Assembly: GCA_963807605.1 (NCBI GenBank)
Contig: CAWECG010000004.1
Coordinates: 352,001 to 416,000 of the forward strand
Source: Candidatus Bathyarchaeota archaeon
GTDB taxonomy: Archaea > Thermoproteota > Bathyarchaeia > 40CM-2-53-6 > RBG-13-38-9
Direction of reading: 5' to 3'
DNA length: 64,000 nt
This document shows, piece by piece, positions 9,042 through 18,773 of this stretch (position 1 is its first letter; each line of letters opens with the position of its first letter). Both the position numbers and the translations under genes were made by a program. The notes under the pieces are model-generated. The model was not told where the DNA came from. It ran no database searches and saw only the letters and a program-made list of their open reading frames with translations.

Positions 9042-10427
9042 CTAGATCTTCCGCGCAGCCATCTCCGCTGCCGTGATAACGGGTTCCCAGTAATCGGCCA
9101 CCGGTGGGGAGTAACACGTGTCAGATGAACTAGCCTCTTGTACAGTCATTCCTTTCTGGATCGCAATTGATGCCATGTTTATTCTTTGAGTGACCTCTTC
9201 GCCTCCAACGATCTGGACCCCAATTATTCTTCCTTGTTTTGATTCGGCGATGACTTTGACTCTTATGTCCAATCCGCCAGGGTAGTAGTGCGCTCTAGTC
9301 TTGGCTGTTATGTTGCCAGTGACTGTCTCGATACCGGCATCTTTTGCTCTACTCTCTGTAAGTCCGGTCTGTCCGACCTCTATGTTCAGGAAACGTGTTA
9401 TCGCTGATCCTAGAAATCCAGGTAGTGCAGAGTGACCGCCCGCAGCGTTGATACCCGCAGTTCTTCCTTGTCTGACCGCGGAGGTCCCAAGCTGAGGAGA
9501 GCAAGGTCTGCCAGTTATCAGGTGTGTTGTTTCTGCACAATCTCCAACGGCATATATTCCTTCCAGATTTGTGCGCATCTGACCGTCCACTCTCACGCAG
9601 CCTGTTTTGCCTATTTCCACGCCTATTTTCTTTAGCAGTTCGACCTCTGGTCTTATTCCGGCGGCCAGTATTACGATGTCGGCCTCGATCTTGGATCCGG
9701 CCACGGAAACTCCTGAGACTGATCTATTGCCAACTATTTCCTCCACGCCTTTTCCAACTATGACTTCTATGCCATTCTTAGTCAAATGGTCGTGAACTAG
9801 CTTGGCCATATCCGAATCTAACATCATAGGAAGAACTTGTGGGAGTAACTCCACCACAGTTACTGTGAGATCTCTTTCCTCGAGTGCTGCTGCAACTTCA
9901 AGACCTATTAGACCGGCACCGATTACGACGGCTGATTTTGATTTCGGGATTTGAGCGTCTATTGCTTCACAATCAGGGATAGTCCTTACGACGTACACAC
10001 CAGTCTTGTCAGAACCTTTTATGCGGGGTTTTGCAGCTCTGGCTCCCGTCGCTATAATGAGACTATCATAGCTCAAGCGCGTGACATTGCCATTCTTGCT
10101 CCTAACACCAACCGTTTTGTTTGAAGCATCAACATCTAATGCTCTTGTCTCTAGGAGGAGATTCAGCTTCATCATGCGGTAAAATTCTGAAGGATAAAGG
10201 ACTAGGTTGTTGAATGCAGGTATCTCTCGGCCTAGAACAAATGGCAAGCCGCATCTTGAATAAGCGGCGTAAGCTTCTTCTGTTACGAGAGTAATCTCCG
10301 CTGTTCTGTCAGTCTTCCTGGCTGCTGCTCCGGCGCTTACCCCTGCAGCCCCAGCTCCGACGATGAGGATCTTTCGGGCCAAGATATCTTCATTCCCTGT
10401 GACGAGATGGCGTTGCGTAATGAACAT
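9042..10427 (-). CDS. FAD-dependent pyridine nucleotide-disulfide oxidoreductase (NADH oxidase/CoA-disulfide reductase family)
   Basis: GAGAAG, redox Cys YSRCGLP, GAGLIGLE, GDC, YSPP; real start probably near 10382. Confidence 0.9.
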   Translation of the reverse strand: MFITQRHLVTGNEDILARKILIVGAGAAGVSAGAAARKTDRTAEITLVTEEAYAAYSRCGLPFVLGREIPAFNNLVLYPSEFYRMMKLNLLLETRALDVDASNKTVGVRSKNGNVTRLSYDSLIIATGARAAKPRIKGSDKTGVYVVRTIPDCEAIDAQIPKSKSAVVIGAGLIGLEVAAALEERDLTVTVVELLPQVLPMMLDSDMAKLVHDHLTKNGIEVIVGKGVEEIVGNRSVSGVSVAGSKIEADIVILAAGIRPEVELLKKIGVEIGKTGCVRVDGQMRTNLEGIYAVGDCAETTHLITGRPCSPQLGTSAVRQGRTAGINAAGGHSALPGFLGSAITRFLNIEVGQTGLTESRAKDAGIETVTGNITAKTRAHYYPGGLDIRVKVIAESKQGRIIGVQIVGGEEVTQRINMASIAIQKGMTVQEASSSDTCYSPPVADYWEPVITAAEMAARKI

Positions 10428-10531
10428 GTTGCCTAAAAGCTTTGGTCAGGCAAGTGCCTATCGCTTCGCTTCTGAAAATGAACTTTCATAATCTGAAATG
10501 GAAGTGAGAAAACAGCGTGCGCTAGCAGGAC

Positions 10532-11494
10532 CTATACTTTACGTAACCCGAGCGCGTCCCTGAGTACCGCCTCATTGATTTTTCCTGAACTGTATGTGAG
10601 TCCTGTCTTGACATTGCTTATTGTAACCACAGCCGGGGCGAAGAGATTTGGATCTATCTTGTAAAAGTCGAACTCGGCTTCCTTGAGTATGTCATAGAAG
10701 GGTTTGCCATAGTCCCTTGAGCTTGATGAAGGGGCTTTGGCAACAGTCTTCTGAAGCGACTCGTCATCATCACATACGACCGTATAATGAGTAACACCAC
10801 CATAGAGTATTGCATCATTGGTCCTGCCCATTGCCTTCGCTGAGTTTGGATGCACCGGCGGGAGCGGCGCGTATCCACAGCCGAAGGTTATGGTTTTGGG
10901 ATCGAGTCCTAGTTCAGTTAATTTGTGAATGCCGGTTTCCACAACTCTCCCAGCTATTTGAATCGAACCTACTAAGCAAGAGGTAGGCGCGATTATCACA
11001 TAGAGGTTCTCAGGTGACACTCTGCACTCCTCACTCATGTAATCTATCGCTTTCTGTGTCGGAGGCTTGTCCGATTCGAGCAGTATTACAGCCTCTTCAG
11101 ATCGATCTTGATAGTTTATCTTCTCGTATAGTGCCTTGGGTTTGAGTGCTAGAGCTCGTGCTGGTCCGGATCCCATTGCGAAGTAATCGTTCGTCTTGAT
11201 CTGCCAACCTGCGTACTGTGAACCTAGAGTCGCTACCGCGGGTGCCCAAGTTTCGACGAAGATCGATGGCAAGTATTCTCCGCCGTAATTCTGGTAATCT
11301 ATTCTGGCTTTTCCAAGTCCGCCTAAGCAGATGTCTGTGATCAGAATTCCTGCTAGCGACCCGCCGGGAGCCTTGATTCCAGCGTCCACCATGACACAGT
11401 TTCTGTCCGACTGAACGGCTATTCCATAGGATTCTGGATCCCGAATGACATTCTTAATCAGTCTGGCTGCCTCGGCATTCACACTCTTAGTCAT
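10532..11494 (-). CDS. mch: Methenyl-H4MPT cyclohydrolase
   Basis: SQYAGW, GSGPARAL, RVVETG, TNDAILYGG, DFYKIDP.LFAPA. Confidence 0.96.
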   Translation of the reverse strand: MTKSVNAEAARLIKNVIRDPESYGIAVQSDRNCVMVDAGIKAPGGSLAGILITDICLGGLGKARIDYQNYGGEYLPSIFVETWAPAVATLGSQYAGWQIKTNDYFAMGSGPARALALKPKALYEKINYQDRSEEAVILLESDKPPTQKAIDYMSEECRVSPENLYVIIAPTSCLVGSIQIAGRVVETGIHKLTELGLDPKTITFGCGYAPLPPVHPNSAKAMGRTNDAILYGGVTHYTVVCDDDESLQKTVAKAPSSSSRDYGKPFYDILKEAEFDFYKIDPNLFAPAVVTISNVKTGLTYSSGKINEAVLRDALGLRKV

Positions 11495-11504
11495 GAGAAT
11501 CAGC

Positions 11505-12335
11505 CTATGCCTCTATGAATTTCTCATACCACTTCAGTTGAGGATTACGTTCAACACCCACAAACAATCTACCGTTTCCGTCTTCATTGTTATCGCCTGA
11601 GAAGGCATAGAAGGGCCCTTGGACGCTCTCTTTCTCAATCTTCGTCTGTCCTCTAACGTCATCGAATGAGAAGCTGGGGAGTATTGTCGGCAGATTTCCG
11701 GAGATTATGATCCTTCCCCCGGTCATGTGTGCTCCGGCTCTTCCGTAGCAGTCTCCAGCGATATGGATCGTTCCTCCTCGCATGTGCACTCCAGGAAACA
11801 TCTCTGAGTTTCCAGAGATCCTTATGGCTCCCGAGTGCATCCAAGCGCCAGTCTCGCTACCCGCATTGCCCTTTATCGTAATGCTTCCTCCCACCATACC
11901 CTTGGTCGTTCCACGACTAGCAGCGCCCACAAAGTCACCCGTGTTCCCTGAGACTTTTATGGCACCACCTTTCATGTTTGAGCCGAGCCAAGAACCAGCG
12001 TCACCCTCGACGAGTAGGGTTCCACCTTTCATCGATTCACCAATGTAAATGCCACCCGTACCTTTGACGTGTACCGTGCCTGCGGTCATTCCGAATCCTA
12101 TACGTCGGGTCTTCGACAGGTCGCCAACAATTTCGAGTGTGACCTCATTGGGATTGCCGCTGGTGTTGCCCTCAACTTTGAAGAGGGTCCTCAGTCTAAC
12201 TTGTCTATTGCCCTCCCATACTTCAGCGTTAGATATCTCTGTCGTTTTCTTGCCCGCAAGGGTGTCTGGTGAGAGAAGATCTAGATGAACGGGGTTTCGT
12301 ATCACACGTTTCAATGTCAGGACAAGTTTAGACAT
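11505..12335 (-). CDS. fwdC: Formylmethanofuran dehydrogenase subunit C
   Basis: GXGXG beta-helix repeats (G..M..G.I.V.G); position in the fwd operon. Confidence 0.94.
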   Translation of the reverse strand: MSKLVLTLKRVIRNPVHLDLLSPDTLAGKKTTEISNAEVWEGNRQVRLRTLFKVEGNTSGNPNEVTLEIVGDLSKTRRIGFGMTAGTVHVKGTGGIYIGESMKGGTLLVEGDAGSWLGSNMKGGAIKVSGNTGDFVGAASRGTTKGMVGGSITIKGNAGSETGAWMHSGAIRISGNSEMFPGVHMRGGTIHIAGDCYGRAGAHMTGGRIIISGNLPTILPSFSFDDVRGQTKIEKESVQGPFYAFSGDNNEDGNGRLFVGVERNPQLKWYEKFIEA

Positions 12336-12338
12336 TCT

Positions 12339-14036
12339 TCAGATATCCGCCTCACACGTGATCTTGGAGGGGTTTCTGAGAAAGTTCTCAGATATTGGGT
12401 AATTGTCAAGTTCTATTGTGTAGTAGTCCCTGAACTTTGATTCGATCTCCTTCAATAGATCGGTCTCGAGACTAGGCGAGACATCACTTTCAACATAGAA
12501 GGTCTTTCCAAACGACGTTCCTGCTATCCTTCCATCTTTGGAGACGACATTACCACCTTTGATGGTGAAGGATGCCTCCTTGAACGCCCTCCTCAAGATA
12601 ATGGGTTTCTTTTCGAGGTCTGTCTTTGACGGATCTAAGTCGTAGATTGCAACGTCGGCATCGGCGCCTACAGCGAGGTGACCTTTATTCGCTAGGCCAA
12701 GAGATCTTGCAGGCGCAGCCCTCGTTACCGCTGAGATCTCTCCCAGCGTGTACTCTCTGTCAATGGTCGGAAGATCCAGCCTTCTCCTTGCGGTTCGGTT
12801 GATCTTTGACATCGTCTTCTCACGGGCTTTGCGACTCATCAGCCATGCGATAACTTTGGGGTATGATGTGAACGGGCCGCCGTTTGGGTGATCTGTTGTC
12901 ATGAAGACCCTCCAAGGATCGTCTACTAAGAGAGCGAGCTCAAGCCCTATTCCCCATTGGACAGCGTTTACGTAGTTGCTTCTCTTGTAGTGGAATGGAA
13001 CAACTCCTGAGCCTGTCTCAGCCTCGACGTCTACGTTGACCCATTTGTTTCCTGACAGTTTGTGAAGGAAGTATTGGAATGGGCCGTCAGCAGTCATGGT
13101 TGTTGTGTCGCCGAATATTACCTGACCCATATCCACAGATACGTGGTGGTTCTTGTTGACGTAGTCGGCTATCTCTGGAGCTCCCGAGCCTAGGTTCAGC
13201 CATGATGAGCCTGAGAATCCTGTGAATTGCACGTGGGTGATGTGAATTATCGGTCTCTTCCCGTCCCAGAGATCCTTGACTGCCTCCATAGTCTCGATCG
13301 TTGTTCGATAGTTCCCTGGATTACCAAGATTGTTAGTATGGACGTGAATTATGTGTGGCAGGTTCAGGATCTTGTTGACCTTGCATAGACCTCTAACTAT
13401 TTCTCTCGGGGTTATGTCGAAGTTTGCCACTGGATCGTCCAAACCTCGTAGGAATCTTCCCCAGCCCCATGCCTCAACGCCTCCAGGGTCGACAATCTTG
13501 ATAGCATATCCCTTGGTTGCCTTTAGCATCCAAGAGACGTAGGCAGCGCACTCGTTGATCTTGCCATCTCTTAGATACTCCATCACCAACCAGTTGTTTC
13601 CGAGGAGCGGGAAACATGCCTTGTCAATCAGTGGAATCGAGTCGAGTTCTTCGTGTGTATGTCTTGTCTTGAGGGGCGGAGTTGCAGGTTCAAAGACGGT
13701 GGTGTATCCCATCTTTGCGTAACGGTAACCTGTTGTCCTGGTTGATGGGACAGAATAGCCGACCCCTGAGAAGGTACGTTCCGTCTTTAACTCAACATCT
13801 TTTCTGTGATCCTCGGGGCGGAGAAGCCTTCCAGCATTGACCTTCGATCCGGCTATGTGAGAATGAATGTCAACGCCACCTGGCATGACGGTCTTTCCCG
13901 ATGCGTTGATGGTACGTGCCTTCTTCCCAACAGAGGTGACTATCTTGCCGTCTCGAATGAATATGTCCAGTTTCTCTCCGTCGATCCCATTTAGTGGGTC
14001 GTAGACTTTTCCGTTAACAACCGCCAATTCCCTCAT
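12339..14036 (-). CDS. fwdA: Formylmethanofuran dehydrogenase subunit A
   Basis: DIHSHIAG.KVN.GR, HVHTNNLG.PGN, TTDHPNGGPF. Confidence 0.96.
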   Translation of the reverse strand: MRELAVVNGKVYDPLNGIDGEKLDIFIRDGKIVTSVGKKARTINASGKTVMPGGVDIHSHIAGSKVNAGRLLRPEDHRKDVELKTERTFSGVGYSVPSTRTTGYRYAKMGYTTVFEPATPPLKTRHTHEELDSIPLIDKACFPLLGNNWLVMEYLRDGKINECAAYVSWMLKATKGYAIKIVDPGGVEAWGWGRFLRGLDDPVANFDITPREIVRGLCKVNKILNLPHIIHVHTNNLGNPGNYRTTIETMEAVKDLWDGKRPIIHITHVQFTGFSGSSWLNLGSGAPEIADYVNKNHHVSVDMGQVIFGDTTTMTADGPFQYFLHKLSGNKWVNVDVEAETGSGVVPFHYKRSNYVNAVQWGIGLELALLVDDPWRVFMTTDHPNGGPFTSYPKVIAWLMSRKAREKTMSKINRTARRRLDLPTIDREYTLGEISAVTRAAPARSLGLANKGHLAVGADADVAIYDLDPSKTDLEKKPIILRRAFKEASFTIKGGNVVSKDGRIAGTSFGKTFYVESDVSPSLETDLLKEIESKFRDYYTIELDNYPISENFLRNPSKITCEADI

Positions 14037-15343
14037 TACCTGTTCCTCCGGATGGCCTTCAAACGTTTAAGGAGGGCATGCAAGATCTCGACATCAGTCT
14101 TGACTCCTTTCGGTGGATCAACTAGCTTTCTTGTCTCAAGCACAACTCCGTCCATGCGGTATACTGTTCCGGTCGTCTCTATTCCGACATGGGCAGAAGG
14201 AATTACTACGTCAGAGCACATTGTGGTGGGGGTTACGTGTGGATCGATTGATATCAGTGGAACCGAGGTGAGATTGCGGGCTGCCTGGTAGGGAAGGTTT
14301 GATACTGGATCTGAAGCAACGATCAAAGCTGAGTCACACTCTCCTCTTGACAACAGATCGACTGCTGAGGTCTCTCCTGGACTGTATCTGGGGAATCCTT
14401 GTGTGAAGTCTATGGCGTAGGGATAGCCGGTAAGCCAAGTGGCAACGTTGTTGGCGCCGTTTACATTAAAGTGCCCGCGCATAGGCATTATTACGAACTT
14501 CGTCTTGGAATTCAATTCACGAACCAGTGATAGTGCAGCATCGAGATTCTTGCTCTTGCCTGCGCTCATTGTTAGACCAAGACCAAAGAAGAGGGCCCCA
14601 AATTCGCAGTTGATCATTTTCTCTGCGATTTCTTCAATCTTATCTACTGGCACGCCAGCAATTTGGTCCTGTTCAATTTCATCGCCACGTACTGCAGCTC
14701 TTAGAGCCGACAGCAATTCGTAATCTTTGTTCGGCTCTGCCTGAACGAATATATCTGCCAGTTTTGCCGTGTCTGTCTTTCTGACGTCAACTACGATTAG
14801 TGTTCTTTCGGATCTGGATCTTCGAAATCTGCCTTTGCTCAGTACAGTATACCGAAGCATGTGGAGGGGATGGGCGTGAACTGGATTGCATCCCCAATAG
14901 ACTACTAAGTCTGCGCGATGTCGGATCTCACCCAATGTGCATGACGATTCCCCAATTTCATGAATGCCCAGAATGGCAGGTCCATGACAGGTTGATGTGG
15001 TGTTGTCGATGAAACCTCCAGCCTCCTCGGCCAGCTCAACCCCTACCTCAGTGGCTTCACAGCTTGTAAGACTCCAGCCGTAGAATAGCGGCGATCTAGA
15101 CTTCGCAAGCGTCTTCGCCGTGAAATCAATCGCCCTCGCATAGGTGCAACTTGACAGCTTGTTTTTCCGGCGGATCATTGGTTGCGTCAATCGCTCGTTC
15201 ATGTAGCCGAGAAACTTGCTTGTGGACATGGCGCACGCGTTCTTGACACCAGCAATAGCATTGCCCTTCACCGTTGCCTCTATATTGTCACAACAGCAAC
15301 CGCACACTGTACAGACAGCACTCTTGATGACTTGTTCTTTCAA
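14036..15343 (-). CDS. fwdB: Formylmethanofuran dehydrogenase subunit B (Cys form)
   Basis: CTVCGCCCD, STCHGP, MRGHFNV.G; TTG start at 15343 after a GGTGAGG RBS. Confidence 0.95.
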   Translation of the reverse strand: MKEQVIKSAVCTVCGCCCDNIEATVKGNAIAGVKNACAMSTSKFLGYMNERLTQPMIRRKNKLSSCTYARAIDFTAKTLAKSRSPLFYGWSLTSCEATEVGVELAEEAGGFIDNTTSTCHGPAILGIHEIGESSCTLGEIRHRADLVVYWGCNPVHAHPLHMLRYTVLSKGRFRRSRSERTLIVVDVRKTDTAKLADIFVQAEPNKDYELLSALRAAVRGDEIEQDQIAGVPVDKIEEIAEKMINCEFGALFFGLGLTMSAGKSKNLDAALSLVRELNSKTKFVIMPMRGHFNVNGANNVATWLTGYPYAIDFTQGFPRYSPGETSAVDLLSRGECDSALIVASDPVSNLPYQAARNLTSVPLISIDPHVTPTTMCSDVVIPSAHVGIETTGTVYRMDGVVLETRKLVDPPKGVKTDVEILHALLKRLKAIRRNR

Positions 15344-15371
15344 GTGTCCCTCACCGATGTCTTTCAATAGG

Positions 15372-15773
15372 TTAGTGACTCTTCCCAAATGATCTTGTGA
15401 CCAGCTCATCCACGCTGAGGACTTTTTCGCCTGTCGCTGACTCTAACGTTGCGGGGACTCCCTTGTAGGAGGGCATACCTGTCCCATCTGTATCGCAACC
15501 TGAAAGCTGCGTAGCCCAGAGGCTGTAAGGCATGAAAATGATTCCTTGCGGGAGGAGTTGAGTGGGAGCGATTGCCTTCACAACAACAGAGCCGTGTTCA
15601 GTAATGACTCGAATGTTCTGACCAGGGGTTACACTGATCTTTTCAAGATCAGTACTGCTGACCTCGCAACAGGCTACAGCCTGAAGGTACGCTTCAGAGA
15701 GTTTTCCATGCTCCTTTGTTCTTCCCTGGCTCAGACTTCTCCCGGTCAGCAAAGTGACTTGTACTCTTGTCAT
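15372..15773 (-). CDS. fwdD: Formylmethanofuran dehydrogenase subunit D
   Basis: TGRSLSQG, GSVVV, GIIFMPY, T.GTGMPSYKG; ATG at 15773. Confidence 0.92.
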   Translation of the reverse strand: MTRVQVTLLTGRSLSQGRTKEHGKLSEAYLQAVACCEVSSTDLEKISVTPGQNIRVITEHGSVVVKAIAPTQLLPQGIIFMPYSLWATQLSGCDTDGTGMPSYKGVPATLESATGEKVLSVDELVTRSFGKSH

Positions 15774-15994
15774 GATGAATGCTTCCAAGCATGGGAGTTT
15801 TAGCACTGACTTCAGTGAAGCCTTATCTAAGAGTTTCCCACGCGGAGAACTCTCAACATTGTCACGGGGCTACGCACCCGCATAGCAGGAAAGTAAGGAA
15901 ACTAAGATCCGATGTTATCGAGGGTGTGCGCGACGGCAGCGCTCCAAGCTATGGCCACGCCGGCACGACAAGCACAAAATAGCATAATCTAACG

Positions 15995-16078
15995 GTTCAA
16001 ATTACGATGCTCTCACCAAAGGTCACACACACAAGAAAATTACAAAGCCTAGCAGTTCAAATCATGGTGCTCTCACCA
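15995..16078 (+). repeat. Two imperfect 24-bp direct repeats with 60-bp period
   Basis: GTTCAAATTACGATGCTCTCACCA (15995-16018) and GTTCAAATCATGGTGCTCTCACCA (16055-16078). Confidence 0.7.
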
Positions 16079-16149
16079 GCTAAGGCGACGACGACGGACG
16101 CTAGGCCCGCTTCGCTCGCCATTCATGTCCATGGGAAGAAAACCCCTCT

Positions 16150-16695
16150 CTAAGTTGCTACCTGTCCGTTTTCTGCCCCAGTTGAAGATGCCAGTATATC
16201 CATAATATCCTTGAACTTGTCGGTTGTTTCAAGAAAGGCGTCGAGGATAGTTGTCCACAATCGTTTGTAGTTGACTGAGGTAGGTTTCTCGTTGAAGAAC
16301 TGCATCGCGTTGAAAGCCTTTGCATCCGCATCATGGATGGGATAGCTTGTTCTTAGTTTTCTAATGTTGGTCCAAACGTCAAGAATTCTGTCAAGGCCTG
16401 CGATACTTCTCTCCTTGGCCCAACGCTTCATAATGATTATCGTTCCAGAATCGTCCTTTTCAAGAGCCTTCTTGGTTTCTGGGTTTCTTATGAGCTGCAG
16501 TAACGGAGTTCTCGGAGCGTCGAAAACCTGCGCAAGTGCTGCTATCTTGTGTGTGAAGTTCTCCGCTATCATACATGGGCTTGCTATGTTCTCGTTCAAT
16601 CTAATATCGAGCGCAAATATTTTGGCTTTGAATTTCCACTGAAATGTTTTGTTGCGCGCGCGCCCAGACAGAAGATTCTTACCCTTAGAAACCAC
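16150..16695 (-). CDS. Hypothetical helical protein with HEPN-like R-x5-H motif, possibly 5'-truncated
   Basis: 181-aa ORF, IRKLRTSYPIH. Confidence 0.5.
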   Translation of the reverse strand: MVSKGKNLLSGRARNKTFQWKFKAKIFALDIRLNENIASPCMIAENFTHKIAALAQVFDAPRTPLLQLIRNPETKKALEKDDSGTIIIMKRWAKERSIAGLDRILDVWTNIRKLRTSYPIHDADAKAFNAMQFFNEKPTSVNYKRLWTTILDAFLETTDKFKDIMDILASSTGAENGQVAT

Positions 16696-16837
16696 CCGTA
16701 ACTCCTCTTATTCTCGCTACTTGTCTTAGCAAACGAGCCCTAGCAGAAGTTGGAGTCACATTTTCCAATACTGAACAGGATAGGTGATGAATAATCTGCT
16801 GGTGATCAGAGCTTCTTGGAGTTCCAATTCATTTTCT

Positions 16838-17692
16838 TCAAATTCTTGCGAGTTTCAGAAGTCTTTCGTGCTCAATCTTCTCCATGTGAATGGAATGTAC
16901 GTCCTCTGGGAATTTACCTTCCTGAACCTCCGTTCTGTAGTTATTGAGGGCATCTAGCATCGAATCGTGCAGGCTGGCATACTGTTTCGCGAACTTCGGC
17001 GTCAAACCTAGTGATAGGCCAAAAATATCTGATATGTTAAGCCCCATTCCGTCGCAATAGGGACCTGAGCCCCATCCCAGGGTTGGAATGGCCAGTCTCT
17101 TTGAGATTATATCAGCCAATTCTGCGGTTGCAAATTCTATGACGACTGCTGAAGCCCCGTTCTGTTCAACGGCGACAGCATCGCCCAGTATCTTTTGAGC
17201 ACTCTCAGCTGTTTTACCCTGAACTCTGTATCCGCCTGAAAGTATCGCGGTCTGAGGAGTTAATCCGATGTGACCTATCACGGGGATGCCTGCACTACTT
17301 ATCGCCTTGACCTTATCACAGACTTCTATGCCACCTTCCAGCTTGACGGCATCAGCCCCCGCCTCCTTCATGAAACGTCCCGCGTTCCTCAAAGCGTCTT
17401 CAACACTGGCGTGATACGACATGAATGGCATATCGGCCAGTATCAGCGAGTGTGGTGCTCCTCTCACCACCGCTTTGCAGGCAATCACCATCTCATCCAT
17501 TGTAACTGGTACTGTGCTGCTATATCCCAGAGCAGTCATGCCTACGCTGCCATCACCGACCAAGATCACATCAACTCCAGCGCTATCAGCAAAAAAAGCG
17601 GTTGGGTAATCGTATAAGCTAACCGCAACTATCTTCTTCTTATTCTTCTTCATATCCAGCAAGTGACGGATAGTGACTTTTTTTCTCTCCAT
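16838..17692 (-). CDS. panB: PanB-family (ketopantoate hydroxymethyltransferase-like) protein, divergent
   Basis: YD, LVGD, ADMPFMSY, VKLEGG, GHIGLTPQ, PKFAK; ATG at 17692. Confidence 0.85.
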   Translation of the reverse strand: MERKKVTIRHLLDMKKNKKKIVAVSLYDYPTAFFADSAGVDVILVGDGSVGMTALGYSSTVPVTMDEMVIACKAVVRGAPHSLILADMPFMSYHASVEDALRNAGRFMKEAGADAVKLEGGIEVCDKVKAISSAGIPVIGHIGLTPQTAILSGGYRVQGKTAESAQKILGDAVAVEQNGASAVVIEFATAELADIISKRLAIPTLGWGSGPYCDGMGLNISDIFGLSLGLTPKFAKQYASLHDSMLDALNNYRTEVQEGKFPEDVHSIHMEKIEHERLLKLARI

Positions 17693-17788
17693 GACCCCAC
17701 TTCCCCTACGGAAATACATGCTTACGATATAAGACTGTTAACGCTCGATATCCAAGCATCGACTCGTGAGACTTGTCATTAATGTCGC

Positions 17789-18757
17789 TCACATTGATTT
17801 CTTCTTGATGACTTCTTTCGCTGCTTTCACAATGTCGGCACTTGACATGTTGTACTCGGCAGCCAGTTCATCCATACTTCCCGTCTGACCGAATCTGTCT
17901 CTGACACCCACTCGACGTATTGGAACTGGATAGTTTTCTGATACCACCTCGGCCACAGCACCTCCCAATCCACCTAAGATGTTGCTGTCCTCCGCCGTTA
18001 CTATGGCTCCTGTCTCTTTGGCAGCGTTTTCGATGGCGCGTTCATCCAAAGGTTTGATTGTGCTGATATTGATGACTCTGCTATCAATGCCTTCGTTCTC
18101 TAGGATGGTGGCGGCCTCCAGAGAACTTCGTACCATGATGCCAGTGGAGATTATTGCTACGTCTTTTCCTTCTCTCAAAATTGTAGCTTTACCTATCTCA
18201 AACCGATAATCGTCTCTGAATAGAACTGGCACTCGAGGCTCGGCTAACCTGATGGCGACTGGTCCAACGTGTTTAGCAGCTGCAACGGCGGCTTTCTTTG
18301 CTTCAATTGAATCTGAGGGGGAGATCAAGACGAGATCCGGTACGGCACGCAAAGAGGCTATGTCTTCAATTATCTGGTGGGATCCGCCCATGAATGTCCA
18401 GAACATGCCTGTGTTGCAGAGAATCATTTTCACGTTCAATCGGTCAAAGGCGATTTGTCTTATTTGGTTGAATGCTCTTCCAACAGCAAAGATGCTGTGG
18501 CAATGCGTGAAAGGTATTTTACCTGCCTCTGCCAATCCTGCAGCCACAGTCATCATGTCGGCTTCCGCGATGCCGAGGTTATATATCCTATCGGGGTATT
18601 CTCTTTTGAAAACAGGACCGACCTCGTCTTGAGGAAAATCCGCATACAGAACCACAATGTCCGAGTTTGCTCTAGCAAGTTCAATCAGAGCCTCGTTGTA
18701 ACCCTTGTACATTGATTTCAGTTCGCCTGGCTGCTCTCTAAGATATTTCAAGTTCAT
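17789..18757 (-). CDS. Transketolase-like protein, C-terminal subunit
   Basis: GIAEADM, GGSHQ, GKA..LREGKDV, TIKPLD, GGLG.AV. Confidence 0.92.
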   Translation of the reverse strand: MNLKYLREQPGELKSMYKGYNEALIELARANSDIVVLYADFPQDEVGPVFKREYPDRIYNLGIAEADMMTVAAGLAEAGKIPFTHCHSIFAVGRAFNQIRQIAFDRLNVKMILCNTGMFWTFMGGSHQIIEDIASLRAVPDLVLISPSDSIEAKKAAVAAAKHVGPVAIRLAEPRVPVLFRDDYRFEIGKATILREGKDVAIISTGIMVRSSLEAATILENEGIDSRVINISTIKPLDERAIENAAKETGAIVTAEDSNILGGLGGAVAEVVSENYPVPIRRVGVRDRFGQTGSMDELAAEYNMSSADIVKAAKEVIKKKSM

Positions 18758-18773
18758 CTTCCTTCCTTGAAGA

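Noticed and set aside
14036-15343. Selenocysteine recoding in FwdB or at the cdhD TGA
   Set aside because: FwdB has Cys (TCHGP); the cdhD break is a frame change, not an in-frame TGA
15995-16078. CRISPR array or tRNA genes
   Set aside because: Only two imperfect copies, no cas genes, no cloverleaf pairing; kept only as a repeat
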